Positions 26,272 to 36,500 of a stretch of DNA of 44,203 nt are shown here, piece after piece. The number at the start of each line of letters is the position of its first letter. Within the stretch, counting starts at the first letter, position 1. A program made the position numbers and the translations under genes. Source of the DNA: an uncultured Spartobacteria bacterium (lineage in GTDB: Bacteria > Verrucomicrobiota > Verrucomicrobiia > Chthoniobacterales > Chthoniobacteraceae); the NCBI GenBank assembly GCA_903928175.1, contig CAIYQA010000444.1, positions 1 to 44,203 of the forward strand, written 5' to 3'. The notes under the pieces are model-generated. The model saw nothing but the letters and a program-made list of their open reading frames with translations, did not search any database and was not told the origin of the DNA.

Positions 26272-28266
26272 ATGCTCAAAACCGCATTGACCCTGACTGA
26301 AGACCAACTGCAACGGATGGTGCGCTATGTGCGCAACCGCATCGAGGGAATGGACGAGGCCCGCAACAACGGATGGCTCGCCGATCGCGAGCGTTTCGAC
26401 CGGGAGTGGGACGACGATTTTTCCCATCGCGAATGGGAGAATGCCGTGTTCGCCAAATCCAACGAATCGCTGAATATGATTGGGTCGGGCGTGGATTACA
26501 TCCGCTCCCGTATGATCGAGGAGATTTTCGGCGCGAAACCGTGGTTCGCCGCCGATCCGCGCCAGCCCGGTGGGCACGATCCGCTCGTGGCCGAACAAGT
26601 CGGGAGGCATCTGCGCTGGAAGCTCGGGCCGGATCAGATCGATTTCGAGGCGGTTTCGGCGGATTTGGTGACGCAAGCCTGCAAGCTGGGTGAATGCGTG
26701 GCCAAGCTCTTCTACAAGACGGAGGAGGAGCGGTTTGAGCGGATTGCGTCGATCCTGTGGGACACGCAAGCCAACGCGCCGGTGCTGACGCCGGATGGCG
26801 AGTTTGTGTTTGAAGACGGCTCGCTGGATGCGCTGGCGCAAACATTGGCGGCCCCGCTGGATATGGTCATGGAATGGCATCCCGGAGAGCCGGGAGAAAT
26901 GGTTTCCCCGGAGGCGTTGCCGCCCGGGTTGTGTTGGAAGGAGCAGATCGTTTCGGAGCGCATGGTGCGTTCCACGGGAGCCCGGGCGGTGCCGCTGCAT
27001 CCCAAGGAATTTTATTGTCCGCTCAACGCGCCCTCGGTTCACGAGGCGGATTTCGTGGCACACCTGACCTCAATGCGGCTCTCGGAATTGTGCGGGCATC
27101 TCGGCATTGCGCTCGATGACGCCACAAGCGAAGAGGATGAGAGCGCGGACGGGTATTTGAAGCGGGCGCTTTTGCAGATTCGGGCCACTGCGGGTGCGGA
27201 ACCCAAGCCGGAATCCGAGCAGCCGCTTTCGGGTGAGGGGGAGGAAATTCCGGTGGCCGACGCGGACCCGGAGTTTCGCATGTTGGAAGCGTATTTCCGC
27301 TTCGACCCGCGTGGGGATGGGCGCCCGTGCCGGGTGTTCCTGATGGTGGCGTATGATTACGACGTGCCGATTTTCTGGGACTACATCGCCAATGTCACGC
27401 CTGACGGCAAATATCCGTTCGAGGCGGTGGTGGTGAACAAGGAACCACACCGCTGGTATGGGAAAAGTTGGTTCAAAAAATATGAGCGCTTCCAGCATTT
27501 GATCGACAAGCTCACCAACCAGATTCTCTATCGCAACGATCTCGCGGCCAACCCGGTCAAGTTCCGCCGCAAGGAAGCGGTGGTGCAATGGCAGGACGAT
27601 CAGCCGTTCGAGATCGGGCCGGACAAGGTGTTCGACCTCAACGACGGCTACACGGCGGAAGACGCATTGCAAACGGCGCGCATTCCGGAGCTCGATGAGC
27701 AGACGAAATTCTTGCTCGAAATGGTGATCGCAAATTGGCGGATGCGGGCCGGGATGGCAACGGCGACGCAGGGGACGTTTGGCGGATTGCCCAGCGAACG
27801 GACCGCGACGGGCATTACACAAGTGGCGTCCACGGGGCGGACGATGTTCCAGCCGCAGTTGATGGAGGTGAAGCGGGGCTTGGAGGCGGTGTTGCGGCAG
27901 GTGGTGGAATACCAATATACCTACCTGGATGCTGATGAGACGTTCACGTACATGGAGGGAGATCAGCGCCGCCTCGGGCTCTTGAGCCGGGAAAGCGTGC
28001 GGGATTTGGAATTCAATGTGGAGCTGACGCTGACGCTTTCCAAACAGGATCAAAACCTGGAGGCGTCCAAGTTGGCGGTGGATTTCTTTGGGCAATTCCT
28101 GGCCGTTCCGGATGCGTTTAAACCGGTCGCGGCCCCGCTCTTCACGACGGTGTACAAGAACCTGCAAATCGACCATGCAGACGATTATTTCCAACGCGTG
28201 GTGGAGATCGCCCGGCGGCAGGCGACGCCGGAAGCCGTTGATCCCGCCGGGGGCGGCTCGCTTTGA
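26272..28266 (+). CDS. Phage portal-like protein (podovirus / P22-T7-type connector), orphan
   Basis: 664 aa from the ATG at 26272; the track ORF begins at a non-ATG codon at 26158 inside repeat sequence. The central block EAYFRFDPRGDGRPCRVFLMVAYDYDVPIFWDYIANVTPDGKYPFEAVVVNKEPHRWYGKSWFKKYERFQHLIDKLTNQILYRNDLAANP, together with the later GGLPSERTATGITQVAS, follows the pattern I recall for portal proteins: a D-x-DGDG turn, PF, YG-x-S, then long helices and a tunnel-loop-like ER-TA-I segment (T7 gp8 has ESYGRSYIEEYLGDLRSLENL and RTGERVTAEEI). Assignment is from memory of motifs, not from a search. Confidence 0.55.
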   Translation: MLKTALTLTEDQLQRMVRYVRNRIEGMDEARNNGWLADRERFDREWDDDFSHREWENAVFAKSNESLNMIGSGVDYIRSRMIEEIFGAKPWFAADPRQPGGHDPLVAEQVGRHLRWKLGPDQIDFEAVSADLVTQACKLGECVAKLFYKTEEERFERIASILWDTQANAPVLTPDGEFVFEDGSLDALAQTLAAPLDMVMEWHPGEPGEMVSPEALPPGLCWKEQIVSERMVRSTGARAVPLHPKEFYCPLNAPSVHEADFVAHLTSMRLSELCGHLGIALDDATSEEDESADGYLKRALLQIRATAGAEPKPESEQPLSGEGEEIPVADADPEFRMLEAYFRFDPRGDGRPCRVFLMVAYDYDVPIFWDYIANVTPDGKYPFEAVVVNKEPHRWYGKSWFKKYERFQHLIDKLTNQILYRNDLAANPVKFRRKEAVVQWQDDQPFEIGPDKVFDLNDGYTAEDALQTARIPELDEQTKFLLEMVIANWRMRAGMATATQGTFGGLPSERTATGITQVASTGRTMFQPQLMEVKRGLEAVLRQVVEYQYTYLDADETFTYMEGDQRRLGLLSRESVRDLEFNVELTLTLSKQDQNLEASKLAVDFFGQFLAVPDAFKPVAAPLFTTVYKNLQIDHADDYFQRVVEIARRQATPEAVDPAGGGSL

Positions 28267-28280
28267 CGCCGGAGCAAAAG

Positions 28281-28535
28281 ATGGAGCGGGCGGCAGCGAT
28301 TGCGGAGGAATTGACGGTCCTTCACCGCGTCCCCCGCGAGGCGGCGACGCTGCTTGATCGCGAGATGGAGCGGCTCGTCGCGTTTCACACCGAGAAATGC
28401 TGCGATCCGCGGCTCTCCGCCGAGCAAAGCGCGCAGCACAAGGAGGCGCGCGCGTTGGCCCGCGGGCTGGTGGGGTTCTTTGAGAAGCGCAAGGCGGCGC
28501 TCAAGGAGGAGATGGGGAAATTGCGGCGGGGGTAA
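28281..28535 (+). CDS. Small helical protein downstream of the portal-like gene (possible scaffold remnant or partner)
   Basis: MERAAAIAEELTVLHRVPREAATLLDREMERLVAFHTEKCCDPRLSAEQSAQHKEARALARGLVGFFEKRKAALKEEMGKLRRG. An alternative TTG start at 28263 overlaps the portal stop. Charged and helical. No recognisable family. Confidence 0.4.
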   Translation: MERAAAIAEELTVLHRVPREAATLLDREMERLVAFHTEKCCDPRLSAEQSAQHKEARALARGLVGFFEKRKAALKEEMGKLRRG

Positions 28536-28569
28536 TACAATTTTTGATTTCCTCAACGCATGTTCCAAA

Positions 28570-30741
28570 TCACGCCCGACTCCGCAACGCGCAATACAGC
28601 CGCAGCGGGCCATATTCAAACTTCCCGCCGAGCAATTCCCTGGCTGTGCTGAGGACGCCGGTGGATTTTTCGAGCGCGGTGGACATCAAGCGCTGATCTT
28701 CTTCGCTGAAGAACGTGTCGAGCCGCAACGGTTCTCCGCTTTCCACTGCGGCCACGAGGTGGCCATAGATGGTGCTGGAAACGAAGCTGCGGTGCTGCGC
28801 GATTTGCTCGGCGTTCATCCCGGAACGATACAGGCGCAAGGTTTCTCGCGCCGTGTCGTTCAGGCTTGTTGTTGCGCGCGCTTTCATGGCAGGCGGAGGG
28901 GTTGGGATCGTGAATGAATCCTCGAAAATCTGCCTCGGGTAGGTGCGCAGATAGGCGGCGATTTCGTCGAGAAACGGCTCTGCGTAGGCTTCCAACTTCT
29001 GCCTGCCGACGCCCGAGATGCGCGCGAATTCTTCATGGGTCTCCGGGTAGCGGTTGGCCATCTCGCGCAATGCCACGTCGGAGAAAATGATGTAGGCCGC
29101 CACGTCGTGTTCGTCGGCGATGCGGCGGCGCAAGGCGCGGAGCCGCTCGAAGAGTTGTTCGTCGCATGGAATGTCGCCGCTGCGATGGGTGCTCTGCGGC
29201 TTCGGCTCGACGGTTTTGGTCAGCAACACTTTGCGCCGCTGGGTAAGGACCTCGCGCCCTTCCTGCGTCAGTTCGATCACCGAGAACTTCTCGCTGGTTT
29301 GCCGCAAATAACCCAACCGGATCAGTTCCCGGCCCACCGCCTGCCACTCGGCGCGTTTGAGTTCCTTGCCGATGCCGTAGGTGGAAAGCGCATCATGCCG
29401 CCATTTGCGCACCATGTCCGTCTCCGCTCCGGTCAGCACTTCGATGAGGTGGTTGAGACCGAAACCGTGCCCGGATTTCTCCCATACGCGGTAAACGCAC
29501 GACAGAAATTTCTGCGCCACAAGCGTGCCGTCAAAGGTCTCGCGCGGCGTCAGGCAGTTGTCGCATCCGCCGCACGGCTCCTCCGCCCATTCCTCGCCGA
29601 AGTAGCGCAACAGCGCCACGCGGCGGCATGCGGACGACTCGGCGTAATGCACCATTTTCTGCAATTGCTCGCGCGCGATTTGCTGCTCCTGCAACGTGGG
29701 TTTCTCGTCAATAAATCCGTTCTGCTTCACCACATCCGCGGCGCTGAAAAGCAGGAGGCATTCGCTCGGGAGGCCGTCGCGCCCGGCCCGCCCGGTCTCC
29801 TGGTAATAGCCCTCGATGTTTTTCGGCAGATCGTAATGGACCACATACCGGACGTTCGGTTTGTTGATGCCCATGCCAAAGGCGATGGTCGCGGCGATCA
29901 CGCGCACTTCGTCGCGCAGGAAGAGTTCCTGGTGGTGGTTGCGCTCTTTGGCTGTGAGGCCCGCGTGGTAAGGCAGCGCTTTGATGCCGTCCTCGGTGAG
30001 CCGTTGCGCCACGCTCTCGGCGGATTTCCGACTGAAACAGTAAACAATCCCGCTTTCGTTGCGCCGTTTGCGCACAAACTCGCGCACCTGCTCGTACGGT
30101 TTGGATTTGGGGATGACTCGGTAGATGAGATTGGGGCGGTTGAAGCTGGCGACGTAAGTGCGCGAATCGTCCAGGCGCAATTGCCGCACAATGTCTTCGC
30201 GCACCCGCTCGGTCGCCGTAGCGGTCAATGCCATGATCGGCACGCCGGGAAAATGGTCGCGCAAGGTCGAGAGTTGACGGTATTCCGGTCGGAAATCGTG
30301 CCCCCATTCGCTGATGCAGTGCGCCTCGTCGATGGCGATGAGGTTCACGTTCCAGCGCTTCAAATCGTCCAGCATTCCTGAAAGCATGAGCCGTTCCGGC
30401 GCGGCGTAGAGCAACCGGTATTCGCCGAGGTGCAGGCCGCGCAGTCGCTTGCGCCCTTCGCCTTGCGCGAGCGCGGAGTTGAGGAACGTGGCCGCGATTC
30501 CGCTCGCTTGCAGCGCGTCCACCTGGTCTTTCATCAGCGAAATGAGCGGGGAGACGACCACCGTCAGCCCTGGTTTCATCAAGGCCGGGAGCTGGAAGCA
30601 AAGTGATTTCCCGCCGCCGGTCGGCAGCAGCGCAAACACGTCCCGGCCCGAAAGCGCATCGAGGATGATTTCCTCCTGCAAGGGGCGAAACGCCGTGAAG
30701 CCAAACGATTGCTTCAAGGTTTCCAATAATGGCTGCTTCAT
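28570..30741 (-). CDS. recQ: ATP-dependent DNA helicase RecQ (with RQC, HRDC and an extra C-terminal HTH-like domain)
   Basis: FGFTAFRPLQEEII, LLPTGGGKSLCFQLPAL, IAIDEAHCISEWGHDFRPEY, the Zn-binding CRR...CGGCDNC, and an HRDC-like block (LRALRRRIADEHDVAAYIIFSDVALREMA). The ATG at 30741 is preferred; a GTG at 30759 is the track start. Confidence 0.93.
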   Translation of the reverse strand: MKQPLLETLKQSFGFTAFRPLQEEIILDALSGRDVFALLPTGGGKSLCFQLPALMKPGLTVVVSPLISLMKDQVDALQASGIAATFLNSALAQGEGRKRLRGLHLGEYRLLYAAPERLMLSGMLDDLKRWNVNLIAIDEAHCISEWGHDFRPEYRQLSTLRDHFPGVPIMALTATATERVREDIVRQLRLDDSRTYVASFNRPNLIYRVIPKSKPYEQVREFVRKRRNESGIVYCFSRKSAESVAQRLTEDGIKALPYHAGLTAKERNHHQELFLRDEVRVIAATIAFGMGINKPNVRYVVHYDLPKNIEGYYQETGRAGRDGLPSECLLLFSAADVVKQNGFIDEKPTLQEQQIAREQLQKMVHYAESSACRRVALLRYFGEEWAEEPCGGCDNCLTPRETFDGTLVAQKFLSCVYRVWEKSGHGFGLNHLIEVLTGAETDMVRKWRHDALSTYGIGKELKRAEWQAVGRELIRLGYLRQTSEKFSVIELTQEGREVLTQRRKVLLTKTVEPKPQSTHRSGDIPCDEQLFERLRALRRRIADEHDVAAYIIFSDVALREMANRYPETHEEFARISGVGRQKLEAYAEPFLDEIAAYLRTYPRQIFEDSFTIPTPPPAMKARATTSLNDTARETLRLYRSGMNAEQIAQHRSFVSSTIYGHLVAAVESGEPLRLDTFFSEEDQRLMSTALEKSTGVLSTARELLGGKFEYGPLRLYCALRSRA

Positions 30742-30769
30742 GGGTGGGCAATATGACACGGAAGCAGCG

Positions 30770-30947
30770 GATCAGGAACTCAGGAAATCAGGAAAATAGG
30801 GAAAGGCGGAACGGTCGCTTGGAGTTGCTTGCGGGGTCCCTCGCTGCGCTCGGGATGACAAGCATGCTGGTTGCCTTTTCCTCCATTCCTCCATTTCCCC
30901 AGTCCAATCCTGAATTCCTGAGTTCCTGAGTTCGTGAGTTCCTGATC
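30770..30947. repeat. MITE-like element filling the recQ / ubiD-family intergenic gap
   Basis: Termini are gatcaggaactca... (30770-) and ...tgagttcctgatc (-30947), inverted over 13 bp. Both ends are built from reiterated tcaggaa(a/c) / ttcctga octamers. The core contains ccctcgctgcgctcgggatgacaag. Confidence 0.6.
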
Positions 30948-30952
30948 TTTTT

Positions 30953-32476
30953 TTAGCTGCCTGAGCCCTGATCCACCCGCGCCTTCACTGCCGCGTCCAT
31001 TTGGATGATCGGCGGCCATTCGCGCTGGAATCCTTCGCCGGGGAGTTTTTTCGTGGCGTCTATGCCGAGTTTGCTGCCGACGCCCACTGCGCTGGTTGCG
31101 TGGTCGAGCACGTCTGCCGGGCCTTTGGTGAAAAGGGAGTCCCGCTGCGGATCGGTGTTGGAACAGAGCCGGAACAAAACCTCGCTCGTGTTGTGGACGT
31201 CCACCTCCTCGTCCACCACGATCAGGTATTTGGTGAACATCATTTGCCCCATGCCCCAGAGGCCGTGCATGACTTTATACGCCTGCATCGGGTAGGTTTT
31301 CTTGATCGATACCACGACAAGATTGTGGAATACCCCTTCCGCCGGGAGCGCGATATCCACGATCTCGGGGAAGTTCATCTTGAAAATCGGGAGGAAGAGT
31401 TTCACCGAAGCCGCGCCGATGTAGAAATCCTCCATGGGCGGAATGCCAACAATCGTCGCGGGATAGACGGCGTTTTTGCGGTGCGTGACGGCGGTGATGT
31501 GGAAGACGGGATACGGCTCCGGGAGCGTGTAGTATCCGGTGTGATCCCCGAACGGCCCCTCCGACCGCAACGGCTCCACCGGGTCGATATACCCCTCGAT
31601 CACGATGTCCGCGTCCGCCGGGACTTCCAGATCGCTCGTCTCGCATTTCACCAGCTCGATGGACTGCCGCCGCAGATAACCCGCCATCAGAAACTCGTCC
31701 AACCCGTCCGGAAGCGGCGCGGTGGCGCAGAACGTGTACACGGGGTCGCCTCCCAGCACCACGGCCACAGGCATCCGTTTGCCGGTCTCGTAATAGCGGC
31801 GCCCGTGGCGCGCGCCCACTTTTTGCAATTGCCAATGCATTCCCGTCGTGCGGTCGTCGTACACCTGCATCCGGTACATTCCGACGTTGCGCTCGCCCGT
31901 GTCCGGGTCCTGGGTAATGACGCAGGGCAGCGTGATAAAGCGACCGCCGTCGAGCGGCCAACATTTCAAAATAGGGAGGTCCAGGAGCGTCGGCGGGAAC
32001 GGCTCCGTTCCGTTTTTCCAATCCGGCGCAGGCGGCCAGGGCGCGGTGCGGCTTTCGGGGGCGCCAAGGCGATGCACCACTTCTTTGCAAGGCCCGCTCT
32101 TTACCTGCTTGGGCCGGGCGTGGCGCAGTTCGATGGCGGTGCGGAAGAGCCCCAGCGCTTCGCGGAAGCCGGTCGGCGGCTTGGCTTTCATCAGCGCGCC
32201 GATCTCCGCCGCGACAGCGTCCACGGACTCCGCGCCCATGCTCAGCGCCATCCGTTTCCACGACCCGAGCGTGTTGATCGCGAGCGGGAACGGCGAAACT
32301 TTTCCGTTCACCGTCGGCTTTTCAAAAAGCAGCGCCTTGCCGCCGCCGGGTTGCTTCATCTCGCGGTCGGCGAACTCGGTGATCTCGAGTTCGGTCGCCA
32401 CCGGCTGCGAGATGCGTTTGAGCTCGCCCGCGCGCTCGAGCGCGGCGAGGTAGTCGGAATACGAAGCGTAGGCCAT
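30953..32476 (-). CDS. UbiD-family (prenylated-FMN dependent) decarboxylase
   Basis: MAYASYSDYLAALERAGELKRISQPVATELEITEFADR...GGKALLFEKP aligns with the UbiD N-terminus. About 507 aa. The GTG at 32491 is the track start and the ATG at 32476 is preferred. Confidence 0.88.
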   Translation of the reverse strand: MAYASYSDYLAALERAGELKRISQPVATELEITEFADREMKQPGGGKALLFEKPTVNGKVSPFPLAINTLGSWKRMALSMGAESVDAVAAEIGALMKAKPPTGFREALGLFRTAIELRHARPKQVKSGPCKEVVHRLGAPESRTAPWPPAPDWKNGTEPFPPTLLDLPILKCWPLDGGRFITLPCVITQDPDTGERNVGMYRMQVYDDRTTGMHWQLQKVGARHGRRYYETGKRMPVAVVLGGDPVYTFCATAPLPDGLDEFLMAGYLRRQSIELVKCETSDLEVPADADIVIEGYIDPVEPLRSEGPFGDHTGYYTLPEPYPVFHITAVTHRKNAVYPATIVGIPPMEDFYIGAASVKLFLPIFKMNFPEIVDIALPAEGVFHNLVVVSIKKTYPMQAYKVMHGLWGMGQMMFTKYLIVVDEEVDVHNTSEVLFRLCSNTDPQRDSLFTKGPADVLDHATSAVGVGSKLGIDATKKLPGEGFQREWPPIIQMDAAVKARVDQGSGS

Positions 32477-32551
32477 GGCGTATTGAGTCACGGATCGGGG
32501 GGCGATGAACAGAACGAATTTCGCTTGCGATTCGGGCGAACAAGACGGCTA

Positions 32552-33280
32552 ATGAAAGTAATGCGCGCTTTTTTTCAAAGTCCCCTCTCCTGGCTCGCGC
32601 TTTTTTGCGCCGCTTTGAGCGTCGGACTTTGGGAATGGTCGCGCCGCCTGCCCGAGTCCCATTGGGAAGCCGCACCCTCCACGCTCGCTGCCAGCGAAAC
32701 CGCATCCAGCCCCGAGCCCGCTTCTGCCCAGGAAAATCCTCCCGGCGAAACCACCCCGGTACCCACCGCATCCCCTTCGCTTTCGACAGCAAATTCGGTC
32801 CAACCCGCGCCATCCCCGGCTCCCGAGACATTGGCTGCCCCCTCCCCTGCCCCAGAGCCAGTTCCGGCAGCCAGTCCCGCTCCGGCCCCCTCGGATGCCG
32901 CGTTGACGGGCCCGCTTCCTGCAAATCCGGAACCGGCCGCCTCCGCGCCGCTCGCCCCATCTCCCGCACCCTCCGTCATTCCACCGGCACCGCTCGATTT
33001 TGCGGAGATCGCGCGGCAACCGGAGCTTTGGCCCAAGCAAGTCGTCCTTCTGGGCTCGGTGCGGTTCCCGGTGATCCTCAATGGCGTGAATGTCGGCAAT
33101 ATCCAGATGCCGCCGGGGCGCGCCGTCCTGCTGCGCAAAGTCAATTTCGACGGCACCGTGGAAATCGAGCTCCAAGGTTCCCAGGCCAGCCATGCCAAAG
33201 TGAAAGCCCAGGTGACGGACCTCCTGGCCCGCGCGCAAGCCGTTGCGGCAGCCCGAAAAAGCGCCGCGCCCACTCCCTGA
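32552..33280 (+). CDS. Hypothetical N-terminally anchored protein with a long Pro/Ala/Ser-rich linker and a ~85-aa C-terminal domain
   Basis: This is the only plausible part of track ORF 31001..33280; the upstream part is antisense to the UbiD-family gene. MKVMRAFFQSPLSWLALFCAALSVGLW (TM), ~130 aa of PAPS-rich low complexity, then LDFAEIARQPELWPKQVVLLGSVRFPVILNGVNVGNIQMPPGRAVLLRKVNFDGTVEIELQG. Confidence 0.6.
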   Translation: MKVMRAFFQSPLSWLALFCAALSVGLWEWSRRLPESHWEAAPSTLAASETASSPEPASAQENPPGETTPVPTASPSLSTANSVQPAPSPAPETLAAPSPAPEPVPAASPAPAPSDAALTGPLPANPEPAASAPLAPSPAPSVIPPAPLDFAEIARQPELWPKQVVLLGSVRFPVILNGVNVGNIQMPPGRAVLLRKVNFDGTVEIELQGSQASHAKVKAQVTDLLARAQAVAAARKSAAPTP

Positions 33281-33416
33281 GCGGCTTTGATCTGGCAGCA
33301 GCGCAGTCCGTTTTGGCCGCCATTTGCAAAAAACAGTTGCCGCCGCCCGCCAGACCCACTAACCTGCTTTCCCGCTGCGGAACGTCCTTCGACGCGAAGC
33401 GCGGCCTCGAAAGAGC

Positions 33417-33491
33417 GCGCGGTTAGCTCAGTGGTAGAGCGCCTGCTTCACACGCAGGAAGTCGCAGGTTCAAACCCTGCACCGCGCACCA
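33417..33491 (+). tRNA. tRNA-Val (anticodon CAC), CCA encoded
   Basis: Manual cloverleaf: acceptor GCGCGGT/ACCGCGC, D stem GCTC/GAGC, anticodon stem CCTGC/GCAGG with loop TTCACAC, variable AAGTC, T stem GCAGG/CCTGC with loop TTCAAAC, discriminator A, CCA. Confidence 0.93.
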
Positions 33492-33494
33492 TTT
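33465..33494 (+). repeat. attL-like copy of a 30-bp direct repeat (tRNA-Val T-arm to 3' end)
   Basis: caggttcaaaccctgcaccgcgcaccattt is identical to 37340-37369. Confidence 0.9.
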
Positions 33495-33505
33495 AATAGC
33501 CTCCC

Positions 33506-36500
33506 TTACCGGCTCGAGCAGGAATCCAGGGTACGCTCAGTTTTTGATTTACCCTTTACGACAATGGTCTTCCCACCGAGTTGAATAGAGTGATCCCCGC
33601 TCTTCAGTGGCAGGGGAAGGCTGATGGAGGCGGGATGCTCATCGGTGCCCGCCACGCGGATGCACCGCAGACATTGACCATCTATCGACAAAGGCATTGG
33701 CCAAGTGACATATCGAGGCCCGTTCGCACCCGTACAAGCGCATTCCGCCCGAAGGGAGCCCTCGACATAATCCAGTTTCTTGACGACGATGCGCGGCGTT
33801 GACGCGGTCTCCCCGGACACGGTAACGACCTCCCGAGGATTCACATTGAATCCTTCGATCATCAGCCGCAGCGCGGCAGATCCCGGTGCCGCACTTCGGC
33901 AGGTCACGCTTAATTCCCTTTTTTCGCCAGGCATCAGGGTGATGGCATTGTCATTCCAGTAGGCGGGCAGCACTTGTTCGCCAAGAGCCCCCTTGAGGAC
34001 GTCCATCCAGACATGGACGGCCGGGGCAGCCCCCTTGTTTTGCAGGGCGATTTTCATATGCGTTTCCCCCTTGTTCACCTGCTTTTCGATCACCTTGGCA
34101 GCGACATCGACGGCCGGAAGGCTTGCTAATTCTGTGTGTTGGGTCCACGTCGTGTCGCGTTCCAGTTCGGCGCCCTTGCTGTCGAGCATTTCCAGCCTCA
34201 GAAAGTGGAATCTTCCGTCGGCAACCCGTTGCGGGGCCTTGCCCAGCGAGGTCGTTGCATCCGCCAAGGCCGTAACGGGATACTCCTGCGCCGCTTCTTG
34301 CCTGCCCTCAATGGAAAATAGCGTCGCCCGCACCTTGACCTCTTTATTTTCGCCCAGGGTGCTTGCCACTTGCAGGGTCTGGTCATCGGGGGCGTATTGA
34401 ATATGCAGAGGGCGAGCCGCCGATTTGAGCCGATAATAGGCTGCCGTCGGTTGCAGATACCAGTCATACATCTGGAACCAGAAATCGGGCCAGGCGGCAT
34501 TGGCCATCCAGAAAAGGGTCCCGTTGTTGCGTGGCCGATTTTTGTTGGCAGCCTCAACGATCGCGCGTACGGCTTCCGCTCCGACCACTTCCGCCATCGC
34601 CACATAATCGGCAATGCCGCCGGGTGCCGCCATGGTGTTACTCACATTCCGAGCCAGGGCCGATTGGCCGGAATATCCGTGCTCCAGCAGCGCTTGGCGG
34701 GTCGTTGCCGGGGGATCGACAGATTCATCGGGATGGGGAATTGCCCGAACAAGGCTGTTGTAGCGAGGCACCAGTTCCAGTCCGATTTCGTTTTTGAACA
34801 CGAAATTGGGATTGTCCCCATAAAGTTTGAAGTAAACGTCCACGGGCTGCAAGGAATAGGGACCAAAGCTGGTGGTTCCCAAAGGCTCGCGCGCCCAAGG
34901 GGGAAGGGTTCCGGTGCTCGGAAGCCACGGCCGCCTGGGGTCGAGCTTGGGGAGGATTTCATCCTGGAGAGCCCTGCCGATATCCTCCTGCATGTTGCAT
35001 TCATTGGTCCCGCACCAGGCCAGTAGGGAGGTCCGGCCGCGCAGGCGCAGAATGACATCGCGCATGTTGGAGAGGTAGAGGTCCTTGTCGATCTTGGGGA
35101 GATCGGCCTCTTTCTTTTCCCACGCGCAGCCAAATGAGCTTCGCGCCATGTCCTGCCAGATGAGCAATCCGCGCCGGTCGGCTTCGTCGAAAAACGCGTC
35201 CGGGGGAATAATGCCAACTCCACAAATGCGGGACAGTGTGTGATTGCCCTCGACCATCATGCGCACTTCGTCCCGGTAGCGCTGCGCGTTCCATGTCAGA
35301 AGAAAATCGGGCACAAACGCGCCGCCTTCCATCCGGATGGGCCGGCCATTCACGGTAAAAATGCGCGCGGTTAATTCCTTGGGATATTGGTAGGGATGCG
35401 TGCCGTCGGCCGGGGGATTCAAAACGCCGGCAAACTCTTTTGGCCTGAAGAAATACCCGAGTTTTCGAATGCCGAATTGGACTTCCGGCAAACGATGGCT
35501 GGTCTTCCCATCAATGTTCACCGACAGGGCAAGGCGGTAGAGCGGCTGCTCCCCATACCCGTGCGGCCACCACAACCGCGGGTTTCTTATTTTCAGTTCC
35601 GGGAATTCATTCGCGTCCAAAACCATATCCCTGACCGCGCCAGCCCCCAGTTGAACCTTGTGACGCAGGACGATTTGCTTTCCGGCAAAACCGATCGGCG
35701 AAATTTCTGCCACCACTTCGGATTCGACCGGTTTTTCTCCGGTATGGCGCATTTGAAAACAGAGTTGGAGTGAGGCCTCCTTGCCCGCCGGAAGCTCGAC
35801 ATCGGTCATCACCGCCGCATCGCGTAGCGTCACGGGACCGCTGGCCTCAATCCAGACATGCTGCCAGATTCCCATGTTGCGGTCGCGGGCGGGAGCCACC
35901 CAGTCCCACCCAAGCGTGCTCAACTGGGTCAAGTTCTTCATGAATGTCATATCCGTCCCCGGGGATCGGAAGCCGGGTTTGCCGGGGACATCCACTGGGA
36001 AAATGCGCACGGCAAGGGCGTTGGCCTGGCCCGCCCTGGCCTGTGAGCTGATGTTAAACCGAAACCGCCTGAACATCCCCACCATGTTCTTCTCGCTCTC
36101 GATCTGAATGCCGTTGACCCAGACCGCCGCACGATAGTTGATCCCGTCAAAGTTCAGCCACACGGTGCGGCCTGCATACGCCTCCGGAAGAGTAAAGTTC
36201 GTGCGGAACCACCACGGCTTGCGCCAGGGACTGGTTTCGGAAGAAGCATCGGGGATGGCGTTGTTGTTCGCGCCTGCATAAGGATCGGGAAAGACGCCGT
36301 TCCGCACCAGTGCGCCGAGCACAGTGGTTGGCACGGTCGTCGAACTCCACGTACCAGCATCGTAGCCGGGCGAGGAGAACGCCTTGCCGTCCTCCCCCAC
36401 CTTGGTTTCCTCGGCCAAGGCCCAGCCCTCATGCAAAACCATGGCTCCAGCCGGCACTTTGGCCAGCGGTTCGGCGTCAATGGCACCAAAGGAAAGCGGG

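Noticed and set aside
31001-32551. Upstream two-thirds of track ORF 31001..33280 (759 aa)
   Set aside because: This part is antisense to the UbiD-family gene and has no features of its own. Only the segment from the ATG at 32552 has a TM anchor, a linker and a domain, and lies in otherwise free DNA.
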